Shown: positions 16,310-25,571 of the stretch, piece by piece | How the letters are laid out: every line of letters begins with the position of its first letter | How positions within the stretch are numbered: the first letter of the stretch is position 1 | NCBI GenBank assembly: GCA_038230215.1 | Contig: JBBRNR010000001.1 | Span: 236,498-300,497, forward strand | Direction of reading: 5' to 3' | Origin: Chthoniobacterales bacterium | Lineage (GTDB): Bacteria > Verrucomicrobiota > Verrucomicrobiia > Chthoniobacterales > DASVRZ01 | Length of the DNA: 64,000 nt | Translations under genes and position numbers: made by a program | Notes under the pieces: generated by a model | Seen by the model: only the letters and a program-made list of their open reading frames with translations | Told to the model about the DNA's origin: nothing | Databases searched by the model: none

Positions 16310-18526
16310 TTAGTAGGCGTAGCCGTCCGGAATGTTGTTGGTCGAGCCGACCTGGCGGAACCAAGCTCTCCCTAGGGGATCCCCCGAAGACACTTTCTCG
16401 AAACAGTTTGAGAAGGCAATGCCGTCAACGCCTCCCGCGCTATTTTTCAATCCCGTGGCGGCCGTGACCCCCGTGGTGTAGTTGCCCACAAAGCAGTTGT
16501 TGAAACGAATACCGCCCACGGCTTGGGCGACCGAAATTCCCATCGCGCCAACTCCTGCCGACTGGGCGTAGGTGGGAATTCTGACATAAGCGCGGCGAGG
16601 TTGGTCCGCAATCACGACCATCCGGTTGAAATCGACCTCGAGCAAATAATCTCCGTGAATCCCGTTTAGATTATTCCAAAAAGTGCAATCCGCGATTTGG
16701 AAGAGGCCGGGAACGAAGCCGCCATTGGAGTGCGGTTGACCAGTGGGAAATTCTTCCTTCCGAATCGTGAAAGTGGCACCACTGAGCTGGTTGACGAATC
16801 GGAATCTCAGACCAGTGAAGCAGCCGTAGGCGGTGTTGTTGGAAAATTTGCGAATCGGAAGGGTATTGGTCAACGCGTTGCCGTTCGGCCATTTGGCGGG
16901 CGTGAAACTCCCGGAATAGGGACCCGACAATCCAGCCCGATATGCTTTTAGCGCGGCGACTTCCGCCGTCAATTTCTGCGTCACTTGCCCCGCGCCATTG
17001 GGAAGGCCAGTCACGGGAGACACTTGCGCAATCGGATCGAACTTGGCCGCGCACCAGAAGAAGAAGCCCGATCCCTTGCATCCGGCGGCAATGTTATTGG
17101 TAACTGTGATGTCGGCGCTTTGGAACCAGAAGGCACTCCCATTGAAGCCCATGTCGCCCTGGTTCACTCGAGGAGTGTTTCCAAAAACCTCTCGCACGTT
17201 GCTGAACTCCCCGGTACCCAATCCGCCAAGGGCGATGTTGCCGTTGAACGTGCCAGTTTCGGTTCCGTCTTCGCAGGCAAAGCCCGCGCCATCGAAGTCG
17301 AAGCAGACGTTATGTTCAAAGTCCACGTCCGAATCGTGATTCACGAACCCCCAACCGGGCGTTCCATCCACCACGCAATTACTGATCACCGCAGGTTTGC
17401 CATAGATGTTCTCACTCGCCGTGCCCGCCTCGTGAAAATGCAGGGAATAACGGGCGCGAGGATTGGAGTAGGGGCCGGAAATTCCGTCAAAATCTCCCGG
17501 AGGATTATTGTAGTGGTGATTGTTAGGAGAGTTGTCAGCGACGTTCCAAACCCCGGAGGCGGGCAGCAAGGGATCGCTGACAATGGCGCGCTTGTCGGTT
17601 CTACCCAGATCAAGAAACTTCACCCCGTTCATCGACACCGCATCACTCATAAGCATGACGTGCCCGCGCTTTCCGATGCTACTGGGATCTTCGGACTTGA
17701 TGATAATGCTGCGGGACAGGTTTGCCATGTGGACCGCAATGGGGGTAGGCGTATTGACCGGGCACGAGACCAGCGAATGGTTGTAGGTGAGCGGAGCTTT
17801 CAAGGTCACGCTGGAGGAAGTCGTCGCTGCAATGGTGCGAACTTCATTCTGCATGCTGAGGGTGCCGAATGCCGCAGAATTGGGAGCCCACTCCCTCGTG
17901 AATACGGTGGCTGCCACCACGACTTGATCGCCAACTTCCCATCCCGACGGCACCGCCGCCGTGGAAAGAACTGATTGCCCGGCGACCGCACTGCCGCTCA
18001 AGGCCACAAATGGTGCAGGAATCCGAGCACTGTTCATGGTGACATGAGAGTTTGTCGCGGCAATGATGCCTCGGCCCATGCGCAGAGTATCTGTCACGTT
18101 GGGGGTCGGTGCCATGATGGCAATCGTCGCCGTATATCCAGAAGTGATGGGGCTGGCGGCATTACCCACAATCAGCCAGGCATTAGCCGCAATAAGCAGA
18201 TTTTCCACCCGGAGTTTGACATTCGCGTCGGTGCGAAACTTAAGGGTGCCGTCTACGGTAACCGTGTTTGCAACGGCCGTACTGTTGTTCACCGTCACGA
18301 CAATGCCCGACGGGATGGTTACCACATCGGACGCCGTCGGAACTCGACGGGGATTCCAAGTGCTTACCGCAGTGAAGTCACCGCTCGATGCGGCGGTCAT
18401 AGTCACTTTAGCGGGCGAGGCCACGTCACTTCGCAAAGTGGCAAAATGGCACATGTTACACGCTTGAGCGAGGTGGAGTGATACGACACCAAGCAGGGTT
18501 ATAATGAATAGTGGGGGCTTAAACAT
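16310..18526 (-). CDS. secreted G8-domain-like / right-handed parallel beta-helix protein
   Basis: Signal peptide MFKPPLFIITLLGVVSLHLAQA. The N-terminal ..WNPRRVPTASDVVTIPSGIVVTVNNS..VTVDGTLKF.. resembles a G8 domain, and the Gly/Asn-rich repetitive body fits a beta-helix. The function call is tentative. Confidence 0.5.
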   Translation of the reverse strand: MFKPPLFIITLLGVVSLHLAQACNMCHFATLRSDVASPAKVTMTAASSGDFTAVSTWNPRRVPTASDVVTIPSGIVVTVNNSTAVANTVTVDGTLKFRTDANVKLRVENLLIAANAWLIVGNAASPITSGYTATIAIMAPTPNVTDTLRMGRGIIAATNSHVTMNSARIPAPFVALSGSAVAGQSVLSTAAVPSGWEVGDQVVVAATVFTREWAPNSAAFGTLSMQNEVRTIAATTSSSVTLKAPLTYNHSLVSCPVNTPTPIAVHMANLSRSIIIKSEDPSSIGKRGHVMLMSDAVSMNGVKFLDLGRTDKRAIVSDPLLPASGVWNVADNSPNNHHYNNPPGDFDGISGPYSNPRARYSLHFHEAGTASENIYGKPAVISNCVVDGTPGWGFVNHDSDVDFEHNVCFDFDGAGFACEDGTETGTFNGNIALGGLGTGEFSNVREVFGNTPRVNQGDMGFNGSAFWFQSADITVTNNIAAGCKGSGFFFWCAAKFDPIAQVSPVTGLPNGAGQVTQKLTAEVAALKAYRAGLSGPYSGSFTPAKWPNGNALTNTLPIRKFSNNTAYGCFTGLRFRFVNQLSGATFTIRKEEFPTGQPHSNGGFVPGLFQIADCTFWNNLNGIHGDYLLEVDFNRMVVIADQPRRAYVRIPTYAQSAGVGAMGISVAQAVGGIRFNNCFVGNYTTGVTAATGLKNSAGGVDGIAFSNCFEKVSSGDPLGRAWFRQVGSTNNIPDGYAY

Positions 18527-18753
18527 AAATGTTATGCTATTTGCCCGGATTTCCTCAGTCAAACTCAGGAATTATTCCCTAATTTTTGCTAATCGGCGGT
18601 GAGACGCTGCGACCGACCGTAATAGAGAACGAGCTGGACAGAAGAAACCAAAAAAGGGGCCAGTCCATTCGCACGAAGCACGCACGGGATGCACAAGCGC
18701 CAAACTTCTTGCAAACGATTCCGCCCCGAATCATCGTTTGCGCCCCGGCCCTG

Positions 18754-19863
18754 ATGAAACTTCTCCACCGCTACGTTGTCCGCCAAGTTCTGATCACATT
18801 TTTGATCGCGGTCACAGTCTTGAGCGGCATTTTCATCCTCGGCTCGATCATGACCAAAGTGCTCGATTTGTTGGTCAACCACGATTTCCCGCTCATCTTC
18901 GTCGCGCGATTTATCGCCTACATCGTGCCGTTTTCGCTCATGTACACCATCCCGTGGGCCTTCCTCACGACCGTGCTTCTGGTCTATGGACGCCTCTCGG
19001 CCGAGAACGAACTCATCGCCATGCGGGCCTGCGGAGTGAGCCTCGCCAGCATCTGTGCGCCAGTCGTGGGAACCGCATTGTTGCTCTCGTTTTTCTGCTT
19101 CTGGATCAACACCACCGTCGCCCCGCGGGCTCAGCAGCAGATGAAGGAAACCCTCAAGGACGTCGCCACGAGCGACCCGCTCTCACTCTTCGGCAGCGAC
19201 CGGATCATCGATCAATTTCCCGGACGCAAAATCTACGTTGGGCAAAAGGACGGCAGGAAACTGCACAACATCCAGGTCTTTGAGATCGACGAAACGAACA
19301 AGCCCGTCCGCGTCGTTACGGCTCGCGAGGGCAGCCTGGAACTCGACCTCGACCAGCAACGCGTGCTCATGCGGCTGAACAATGCCATCTACGAAGAGCG
19401 CGACCAGACCGACCCGGGCAACATTCACAAAATCCGCCAGGGCATCACCATGGAAGAGGGCGTGCTGCCCATATCGCTCGCCCAGCTTTACGAGCAAAAC
19501 CAAAAGCGCCGCGGCCTCACCACCCTCACTCTCGACGAGTTAAAGACCGCCCTCGCCGGAGACAATTCAGTCGAGCGCAAAAGCGCCACCCTCACCGAAT
19601 TAAACAAACGCTACTCGCTTTCCCTCGGTTGCTTCGCCCTGGCCCTGGTCGGCATCCCCCTCGGCATCACCACGCACCGGCGCGAGACCTCCATCGGCTT
19701 CGCCCTCAGCCTCGCCGTGGCCGTGGCGTATTTCATCTTCATCATGATCGCCGACAACTCCCGCAACAACCCGGCGCTCTACCCGCAATGGCTCATCTGG
19801 TCGCCCAACTTCATCTTCATCGCCCTCGGCACCTGGCTCTGCGCAAGGATGGCGAGGCATTAG
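18754..19863 (+). CDS. LptF/LptG-family (YjgP/YjgQ) permease
   Basis: Start at MKLLHRYVVRQVLITFL (atg 18754). ..YGRLSAENELIAMRACGVSL.. is the family hallmark. The ORF extension to 18586 looks non-coding. Confidence 0.8.
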   Translation: MKLLHRYVVRQVLITFLIAVTVLSGIFILGSIMTKVLDLLVNHDFPLIFVARFIAYIVPFSLMYTIPWAFLTTVLLVYGRLSAENELIAMRACGVSLASICAPVVGTALLLSFFCFWINTTVAPRAQQQMKETLKDVATSDPLSLFGSDRIIDQFPGRKIYVGQKDGRKLHNIQVFEIDETNKPVRVVTAREGSLELDLDQQRVLMRLNNAIYEERDQTDPGNIHKIRQGITMEEGVLPISLAQLYEQNQKRRGLTTLTLDELKTALAGDNSVERKSATLTELNKRYSLSLGCFALALVGIPLGITTHRRETSIGFALSLAVAVAYFIFIMIADNSRNNPALYPQWLIWSPNFIFIALGTWLCARMARH

Positions 19864-19882
19864 AACATACTAACAAATCTCT

Positions 19883-20227
19883 ATGGAAATTGATGACGCG
19901 AAAACAACCGAGACCCTTAGAAAGCTGATTAGTGCATCTGAGGCGAAAGGAATCGCTATTGATCAACTTACGCCTGATCAACGTGAAGCACTGCTCCAAT
20001 GGGGTATGCGCATGTATGGATTAGGACAGCAGATTGTGGGGGACATTCAGGATATTAAGTATGAAGGCCGTCTCATTATTCTGGATGATGATTCAAGATG
20101 GGCGGTCGAATCCATTGATGCCACAACAGCCGAATTCTGGAACACCTTCGATAAGGTTCTAGTGATCGACGACATAATGTATCGGCTCGAAGATGCTGAA
20201 CAAATCAGTGTCGAGAGAGAAACCTAA
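19883..20227 (+). CDS. hypothetical 114-aa protein (low-GC islet)
   Basis: ORF in a visibly AT-richer stretch. No family recognised. The C-terminal half has a small beta-barrel-like pattern. Confidence 0.5.
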   Translation: MEIDDAKTTETLRKLISASEAKGIAIDQLTPDQREALLQWGMRMYGLGQQIVGDIQDIKYEGRLIILDDDSRWAVESIDATTAEFWNTFDKVLVIDDIMYRLEDAEQISVERET

Positions 20228-20256
20228 ATCGTCTATTATCGCTCCATTTATTTCAC

Positions 20257-21057
20257 ATGCTTACCAAAGAAGAACTAAGTCCTCACGCGATGGATTTATT
20301 CAAGCGCTGTAAAGCGGAACTTCCCTCGGAAATTAGTTCTCGATTGCGTTCGAGCAGGCACTTCACGACAGGCAGCCAACGCACCCTGTATCTTTTCGAC
20401 GTGTGGGATTGTAATCAAACAGATGTTCTTGATCATCAACACTTCAAGTATTGCCTCGCTTATGATGGCCTTTCCAAAGTTCGTAATGGTTTTTTTCACC
20501 TTTGGCTGAATCGAATTAGAATTTATCGGGAGCGTGAAGCAATCATTGCAGCTTTGGATCGACAGCTTGAAAACGCTGTCCCCAACGGATTTACGTGGCA
20601 CCCCCATAAAGATAGGGCTTTTAACATAGGGTTCGATTTTAATTACCCCGAAGATCTATCTCAATTTCCGGACATGCTACTCCCGTTTTATGTCAGCTTG
20701 ATTTCGGCGATACATCCAATCCTCATGCCTTTAATCGACCAATTTACCACGCCACTTTCTGACGGTGAACGTCGTCAAGTAGTCGCGGCGAGAGGCCGAG
20801 TTCCATTCACTTCTCCCGGTGTGCATGATCGTAAACGCATCCGTGAATACACCCGTTCCATTCCACCTAGTTGGCGTCCTCTTATTCTAGAAAGATCAGA
20901 CCACTTGTGCTCCAACCCTACTTGCCGTGCCGATCTTCGGCTCCAAGGCCATCATATTGACCATATCGTTCCATTCTCCAAAGGCGGAACAACAACCCTG
21001 GAGAACCTACAAGCGCTTTGTGGGCCATGTAATCTGACCAAAGGCAATCGTCAGTGA
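20257..21057 (+). CDS. HNH endonuclease domain protein with unassigned ~210-aa N-terminal domain
   Basis: The C-terminus CSNPTCRADLRLQGHHIDHIVPFSKGGTTTLENLQALCGPCNLTKGNRQ is a canonical HNH motif (H-N-N with flanking Cys pairs). Low GC. Confidence 0.75.
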   Translation: MLTKEELSPHAMDLFKRCKAELPSEISSRLRSSRHFTTGSQRTLYLFDVWDCNQTDVLDHQHFKYCLAYDGLSKVRNGFFHLWLNRIRIYREREAIIAALDRQLENAVPNGFTWHPHKDRAFNIGFDFNYPEDLSQFPDMLLPFYVSLISAIHPILMPLIDQFTTPLSDGERRQVVAARGRVPFTSPGVHDRKRIREYTRSIPPSWRPLILERSDHLCSNPTCRADLRLQGHHIDHIVPFSKGGTTTLENLQALCGPCNLTKGNRQ

Positions 21058-21113
21058 GCTATGTTAACCGAAGTGCAAAAAGTGCTTTCGTCGAGGAGCG
21101 CCCCGATTAGATA

Positions 21114-21330
21114 GTTGGGCCGAAAGCGTCTGCGCCTCGCTCCCACCCGTCGGCGGCCCTCTGGATGCCGTCGGGAGCCCTCTGGATTCCGAAAGTCGGC
21201 TGATCGGGATCGAAAGGGTGCCTCTGGTCGCCAAAAGGGAGCCTCTCCATTCCAAAAGCGGGGCTCGGGGAGTCGAAAGTGAGGCTCTGGACTCCAAAAG
21301 TGGGGGTCTGGTCGCCGTCTGCCGACCCTT
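21114..21330. repeat. degenerate tandem array, ~10 units, 20-22 bp period (e.g. ggtcgccaaaagggagcctct / ggactccaaaagtgggggtct)
   Basis: Hand parsing gives consecutive units with the consensus GGnnTCsAAAGnGGGnGCCTCT. It is related, in inverted orientation, to the array at 48655-48930. Confidence 0.7.
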
Positions 21331-21354
21331 CTGTATAGTTTTTATACAGCTAAA

Positions 21355-21377
21355 TGAGCCAGTTTGGCTCACTTTTT
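21355..21377 (+). terminator. terminator-like hairpin (tgagcc-agtt-tggctca + cttttt)
   Basis: 6-7 bp stem followed by a T-run. It is preceded by a second AT-rich hairpin, ctgtata-gtttt-tatacag (21331-21349). Confidence 0.35.
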
Positions 21378-21450
21378 GAAAAGGTGGATAAATAGCTGCA
21401 ATCGCCGCGAGCGAGCCGAAATGGGATACAGGGAGCGGAATGGGGAGCGC

Positions 21451-21590
21451 GGGCTTCCAGCCCGCTCTTTTTGGCATCCTGCCGAAAAGTTTCCCCCTCC
21501 CAGCGTCCGCCGCTTTTCTGCCACGGACCACCTCGCGCCAAACGAAGAAATGTCTTTGGCAGGATGCCAAAGACTGCGGGCTGGAAGCCC
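21451..21590. repeat. inverted repeat pair (33-nt arms 21451-21483 and 21558-21590), each arm with an internal GCGGGCT-nnn-AGCCCGC hairpin
   Basis: The reverse complement of arm 1 (ggcaggatgccaaaaagagcgggctggaagccc) closely matches arm 2 (ggcaggatgccaaagactgcgggctggaagccc). Confidence 0.7.
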
Positions 21591-21706
21591 GCCCTCCCCC
21601 CTCGTGGGCTCCCTCGCGGGAAATTATTCTTTTTTCGCAACGAATTTGCTTGGGCTTTCCGCCAGAGGAAGCCTAGAAGCATGGCGTCCATTTAACCCTA
21701 TTCCTT

Positions 21707-22441
21707 ATGTCCTTAGATTTAAACACCAGCATCGATTTCTTGAAGCGCCGGATAGACGCCACACTCAGTGCGCAAACCTCCTTCGCCACCGAATGGACCT
21801 GGCCCCTGCGCACCATCGCCGAGTGGACCGTGGATAGCCAGCAACTCGACAAATCCGTCGATGACAGCCTCGCCTCCCAAGCCATCGCCGCCCACACTCG
21901 CGCCAACTCCGCCCGTGGTCTGCTCGATGCCCGGCTCGCCACCATTCACGCCCAGACCGTGAGCGTGGTCGGCATCATGCGTGTCCGCGCCGAGCGCAGC
22001 CGCGAGCACCTGCCCGTGGTGAATGAATTGAGCTCGCGCGGCAGCAGCCGGCGCGAGATCGAGGACGAGGCCACCGCGCTGCTTTCCGCCTGGAAGGAAG
22101 AGTTTGGCATCGCCTTTGCCCCGCTGCCGGGCATCACTTACGAGAGCTTTCACGCGTTATTTATCGGTGCCGCCACCACCCCAACGCTCCCCTCCCTGCG
22201 CGACCTCAAACAGGCCCTCTCCGACGCTGCCACCATTGAGCGCAAGAAAGTCGGCGCGCTCAGCGTGCTGCTCAACCGCGCAGAACGCGATGCGCAGGAT
22301 TGGTATGCAGAGGCACTGATGGCGTTTCCAGCAGGCACAGCCAACGGGGACATCATCCGCGCGATCCCGACATCGACCGATTACAGCCCCCCATCGACGC
22401 CAGCAAATCCAGCGACGCCGGTTTCATCAACGCCGGCGTAG
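21707..22441 (+). CDS. hypothetical protein (helical, Pro/Thr-rich C-terminus); possible distant paralog of ORF 1..753
   Basis: 244-aa ORF with good coding appearance. Weak similarity of ..LLNRAERDAQDWYAEA.. to ..LANRARDVDRLNKRFYKKLEAEA.. in the first gene. Confidence 0.55.
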   Translation: MSLDLNTSIDFLKRRIDATLSAQTSFATEWTWPLRTIAEWTVDSQQLDKSVDDSLASQAIAAHTRANSARGLLDARLATIHAQTVSVVGIMRVRAERSREHLPVVNELSSRGSSRREIEDEATALLSAWKEEFGIAFAPLPGITYESFHALFIGAATTPTLPSLRDLKQALSDAATIERKKVGALSVLLNRAERDAQDWYAEALMAFPAGTANGDIIRAIPTSTDYSPPSTPANPATPVSSTPA

Positions 22442-22458
22442 GTGAATGGGAGTTCCAT

Positions 22459-22725
22459 ATGACTCTCGACACCCATCATTTCCCGTGGCCGATGATTCCC
22501 GGATTCATTGGTTTTGCCGTTTCCATGATCATTCAGTTTCGGCTGAAATACCACGTAGACCGCGAGAAAGTGATGGAGCTGAAAGATCTGTCCGAGTTGT
22601 ATCCTAACGGTCTTCCACCCCGAAAAGTTCTGACGGAGCGCGGGCGGAGGCTCTATCTCTGGTTCTTTGCCGGGATTGGCTTTTTCATCATCGGTCTATT
22701 TTTGAGCGTGATCCTATTCGGCTAA
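22459..22725 (+). CDS. small 2-TM membrane protein
   Basis: ATG at 22459 (MTLDTHHFPWPMIPGFIGFAVSMII..), 18 nt after the upstream stop. Second TM is LYLWFFAGIGFFIIGLFLSVILF. Confidence 0.5.
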   Translation: MTLDTHHFPWPMIPGFIGFAVSMIIQFRLKYHVDREKVMELKDLSELYPNGLPPRKVLTERGRRLYLWFFAGIGFFIIGLFLSVILFG

Positions 22726-22744
22726 CATTGAGCTGAATTTCGCT

Positions 22745-24016
22745 CTAACTCCCCAACGCCTGCGCCGTGACCTCAGCGGTTTTTTCCAAATCCTCTGCGG
22801 TGTGGGCGAGGGAGAGGAAGCCGGCCTCGAATTGACTGGGGGCGAAATAGACGCCGGATTTGAGGCAGGCGTGGAAGTAGCGGGCAAAATGTGCGCGGTC
22901 GGAGCACTGGGCCATGGCCAGATTATCCACGGGCTGGTCGGTGAAGTAGAGGCAGAACATGGAGCCGAGACGTTGGAAAGTGAATTTCCGGCCCGCCGAG
23001 GCGAGGGCTTTGCGGACACCAGATTCGAATGCGACTCCGATCTTTTCCAACTCGGCCCAGCCATTGCGTCTCTCCAGCTCGCGGAGTTGGGCGAGGCCGG
23101 CGGCCATGGCGAGCGGATTGCCGGAAAGCGTGCCCGCCTGATAAACCGGGCCGTCGGGTGCGAGGAAATCCATGATGTCGGTCCGCCCACCAAATGCGCC
23201 GACGGGGAGCCCGCCGCCGATGACTTTGCCGAGCGCGGTGAGATCGGGCCGGATGCCGTAGATCTCCTGCGCGCCGCCTTTCGCCAGGCGAAACCCGGTC
23301 ATCACTTCGTCGAAGATGAGAATGGAACCCGACTCGTCGCAAAGCTGGCGGAGGAGTTCCAGGTAGCCGGGTTTCGGCAGGTAGAGTCCAGCGTTGGCAG
23401 GGACGGGTTCGACGATGATGGCGGCTATCTCGCGACCTTCGCGGGCAAAGATGGCCCGGAGCGCGTCGGGGTCGTTGTAAGGCAGCGTGATGGTGAGCGC
23501 TGCGAGCTCCGGCGGGATGCCCGCGCTATCGGGCTGGCCGAGGGTGAGTGCGCCGCTGCCAGCTTTTACTAACAAGGAATCGACGTGGCCATGGTAGCAG
23601 CCCTCGAACTTGACGAGTTTGTTGCGTCCGGTGAATCCACGCGCGAGTCGGATGCAACTCATCGTGGCCTCGGTGCCGCTGTTCACCATTCTAACCTTTT
23701 CAATGCTGGGAACGAAGCGGATGATCGTCTCCGCCATTTCGATTTCCAAAGTGTTAGGAATGCCAAAACTAACACCGCGCTGCGCCGTGCTAACAATCGC
23801 GTCCAACACGACTTTGGGCGCGTGACCTAATATCGCGGGACCCCAGGTTCCCACGTAGTCGATGAGTTCATTGCCATCGACGTCCCAGATGTGCGAACCC
23901 AGGGCACGCTCGACGAAGAAAGGCTCGCCGCCGACGCCGCGAAAAGCGCGCACGGGCGAGTTCACACCTCCGGGAATGACACGTTTGGCGGCGGCGAAGG
24001 ATTCGGCGGAAGTCAT
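22745..24016 (-). CDS. hemL: glutamate-1-semialdehyde 2,1-aminomutase
   Basis: 423 aa with MTSAESFAAAKRVIPGGVNSPVRAF.., ..GTWGPAILGH.., ..IFDEVMTGFR.. and ..GKVIGGGLPVGAFGG... Confidence 0.93.
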   Translation of the reverse strand: MTSAESFAAAKRVIPGGVNSPVRAFRGVGGEPFFVERALGSHIWDVDGNELIDYVGTWGPAILGHAPKVVLDAIVSTAQRGVSFGIPNTLEIEMAETIIRFVPSIEKVRMVNSGTEATMSCIRLARGFTGRNKLVKFEGCYHGHVDSLLVKAGSGALTLGQPDSAGIPPELAALTITLPYNDPDALRAIFAREGREIAAIIVEPVPANAGLYLPKPGYLELLRQLCDESGSILIFDEVMTGFRLAKGGAQEIYGIRPDLTALGKVIGGGLPVGAFGGRTDIMDFLAPDGPVYQAGTLSGNPLAMAAGLAQLRELERRNGWAELEKIGVAFESGVRKALASAGRKFTFQRLGSMFCLYFTDQPVDNLAMAQCSDRAHFARYFHACLKSGVYFAPSQFEAGFLSLAHTAEDLEKTAEVTAQALGS

Positions 24017-24028
24017 GTTAGGAGATGG

Positions 24029-25234
24029 TTAGTTCGGTGTTAGCTCGTAGAGGAGGATTTGCGTTTGCTGATCGTTGCCGAAATTGTCGTCGCTCACCAT
24101 CACGACGCCGGTGCGTCCGCCTGGAAGTGGCATGAGCGCGACGCCCTCGACATTGTCCAGATCGTCGACGCCCTCCTTTTTGGAATCATAGACGAGCGTC
24201 TTCGTGAGGCTGGTGACGGACTGGGTTCTAACACTCGGGATTTCGCGCAGATCGGTGGCGGAGGCCTGGGTGAGATTTACCCGGTAAAGCCGGATGCCTG
24301 TGCAGCCGGTGCCGAGCGTGGTGCGAATGATGCGACGTTCCAGCACTAGCAAATTTCCCTCTTTGTCCAGCGGACTAACATCGGAGATGGAGCCGAAGAA
24401 GCAGCCCATGTCGGAGAGATAAAGTTTCTGCGCGAGACAACGTCCGGACTTGGCTTCGAGCGCGCTGATCCGAACCTGAGTCGGATTGAAAATACTCGCG
24501 CCGCCCTCGCCATTTTCGCCGGGTGCTTTTTCTTGAAGGAGAGAGCTTTCGTTGGCGGTGTAAATGGTTAGACGATCCAGCGAGAGCGAGCAGGATTCCA
24601 GGGAGCGATTCGATAAAACACCGCGAACTTGGGCGGGGCTGCCGATCGGGACTGGATGTCCCTCGGCGTCAGCTGGCAGATAGACTGGCGGCAGCGGGAG
24701 CGTACGGAGGACCCGGCCTGTGGTTAGCGAGAAAAGTTTGATCCAGGGCGGTGCGCCTTTTGTTCCGGACTTGCCCTCGCTGCTCACCCAGACCGCGCCG
24801 CGACCCGTGCAGGCGATGCCCTCGCAATCGGCGACGGGAAAAGGTTTGCCCGTTTCATCGCGGAGAATGAGCACACTCAGGATGCGGGGTTGCAAGGTCT
24901 CGCCCGGAGTCAGGGAGAGCTGATAAATCCGCGGTGCGCCGCCCACGTAAGAAGAGTCGTCGGAGACCGCCCAGAATGTCTTGGAACTCGCATCATAGGA
25001 AACGCCGGAGAGGCCGCCGAGTTGGGTTTTGCCGACGGGCATTTTGTGCGGCAGCACGGCGCGACCGAGAAGACGGAGCGATTGCGCCCCACTGGTGCAA
25101 AACCCGAAAATGAGGACGGCGAGGATGAGGCGAAGCGGATGCAAAGTCCGCTCAAGCTGCCGCAAAGAACCCGGCGGATCGAGAAATTTTATGCGCCGGA
25201 GGCCTGGGACAGCTCGTGTCGGGCCTGAAGCCAA
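24029..25234 (-). CDS. secreted esterase-like-activity-of-phytase family (beta-propeller-like) protein
   Basis: ..QLGGLSGVSYDASSKTFWAVSDD.. and ..VEGVALMP..VVMVSDDNF.. resemble the Phytase-like (PF13449) family. The start is uncertain (46-nt overlap with the next gene). Confidence 0.5.
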   Translation of the reverse strand: MASGPTRAVPGLRRIKFLDPPGSLRQLERTLHPLRLILAVLIFGFCTSGAQSLRLLGRAVLPHKMPVGKTQLGGLSGVSYDASSKTFWAVSDDSSYVGGAPRIYQLSLTPGETLQPRILSVLILRDETGKPFPVADCEGIACTGRGAVWVSSEGKSGTKGAPPWIKLFSLTTGRVLRTLPLPPVYLPADAEGHPVPIGSPAQVRGVLSNRSLESCSLSLDRLTIYTANESSLLQEKAPGENGEGGASIFNPTQVRISALEAKSGRCLAQKLYLSDMGCFFGSISDVSPLDKEGNLLVLERRIIRTTLGTGCTGIRLYRVNLTQASATDLREIPSVRTQSVTSLTKTLVYDSKKEGVDDLDNVEGVALMPLPGGRTGVVMVSDDNFGNDQQTQILLYELTPN

Positions 25235-25530
25235 TGCTCGAGTGAGCGGCCCTCGGGGCAGCCTTCCGCGAGATAGATTTCGTAGGCGCGCCAGCTGATT
25301 TGCTCGTCGCTCGGAGTGAGCGAGGCTCTGTAGGTGATCCCATTGGAACTCACATCGTAGCTGGTGTTATCTCGGGCGGCGGATTGGGGGAGGACTTCGC
25401 TGGCGATGTGACCGAGGCCGCTGGCGATGGCACCGACTGCGGTCCCAACGATTCCGCCGACGGCGCTGCCTAGTGCGCCCGCAACATCTGCCGGGACTTT
25501 ATTTTTGGATTTGGTTTTCTGGGGTTTCAT
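25189..25530 (-). CDS. DUF2934-domain small protein with Gly/Ala-rich segment
   Basis: The C-terminal ..ISWRAYEIYLAEGCPEGRSLEHWLQARHEL.. matches the DUF2934 signature. Start at MKPQKTKSKNK (cat 25528-25530). Confidence 0.6.
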   Translation of the reverse strand: MKPQKTKSKNKVPADVAGALGSAVGGIVGTAVGAIASGLGHIASEVLPQSAARDNTSYDVSSNGITYRASLTPSDEQISWRAYEIYLAEGCPEGRSLEHWLQARHELSQASGA

Positions 25531-25571
25531 AATGAGTGGAGTTAGGTTGTTATTTGCGGGGGAAACAGCTC

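Noticed and set aside
21064-21570. 168-aa minus-strand ORF and the 48655..48870 plus-strand ORF as real heptad-repeat proteins
   Set aside because: The open frames exist only because the DNA repeat period is 21 bp (7 codons). There is no convincing start context, the composition is junk-like outside the repeat, and the ORFs run through palindromic non-coding elements. Kept only as an alternative hypothesis in the findings.
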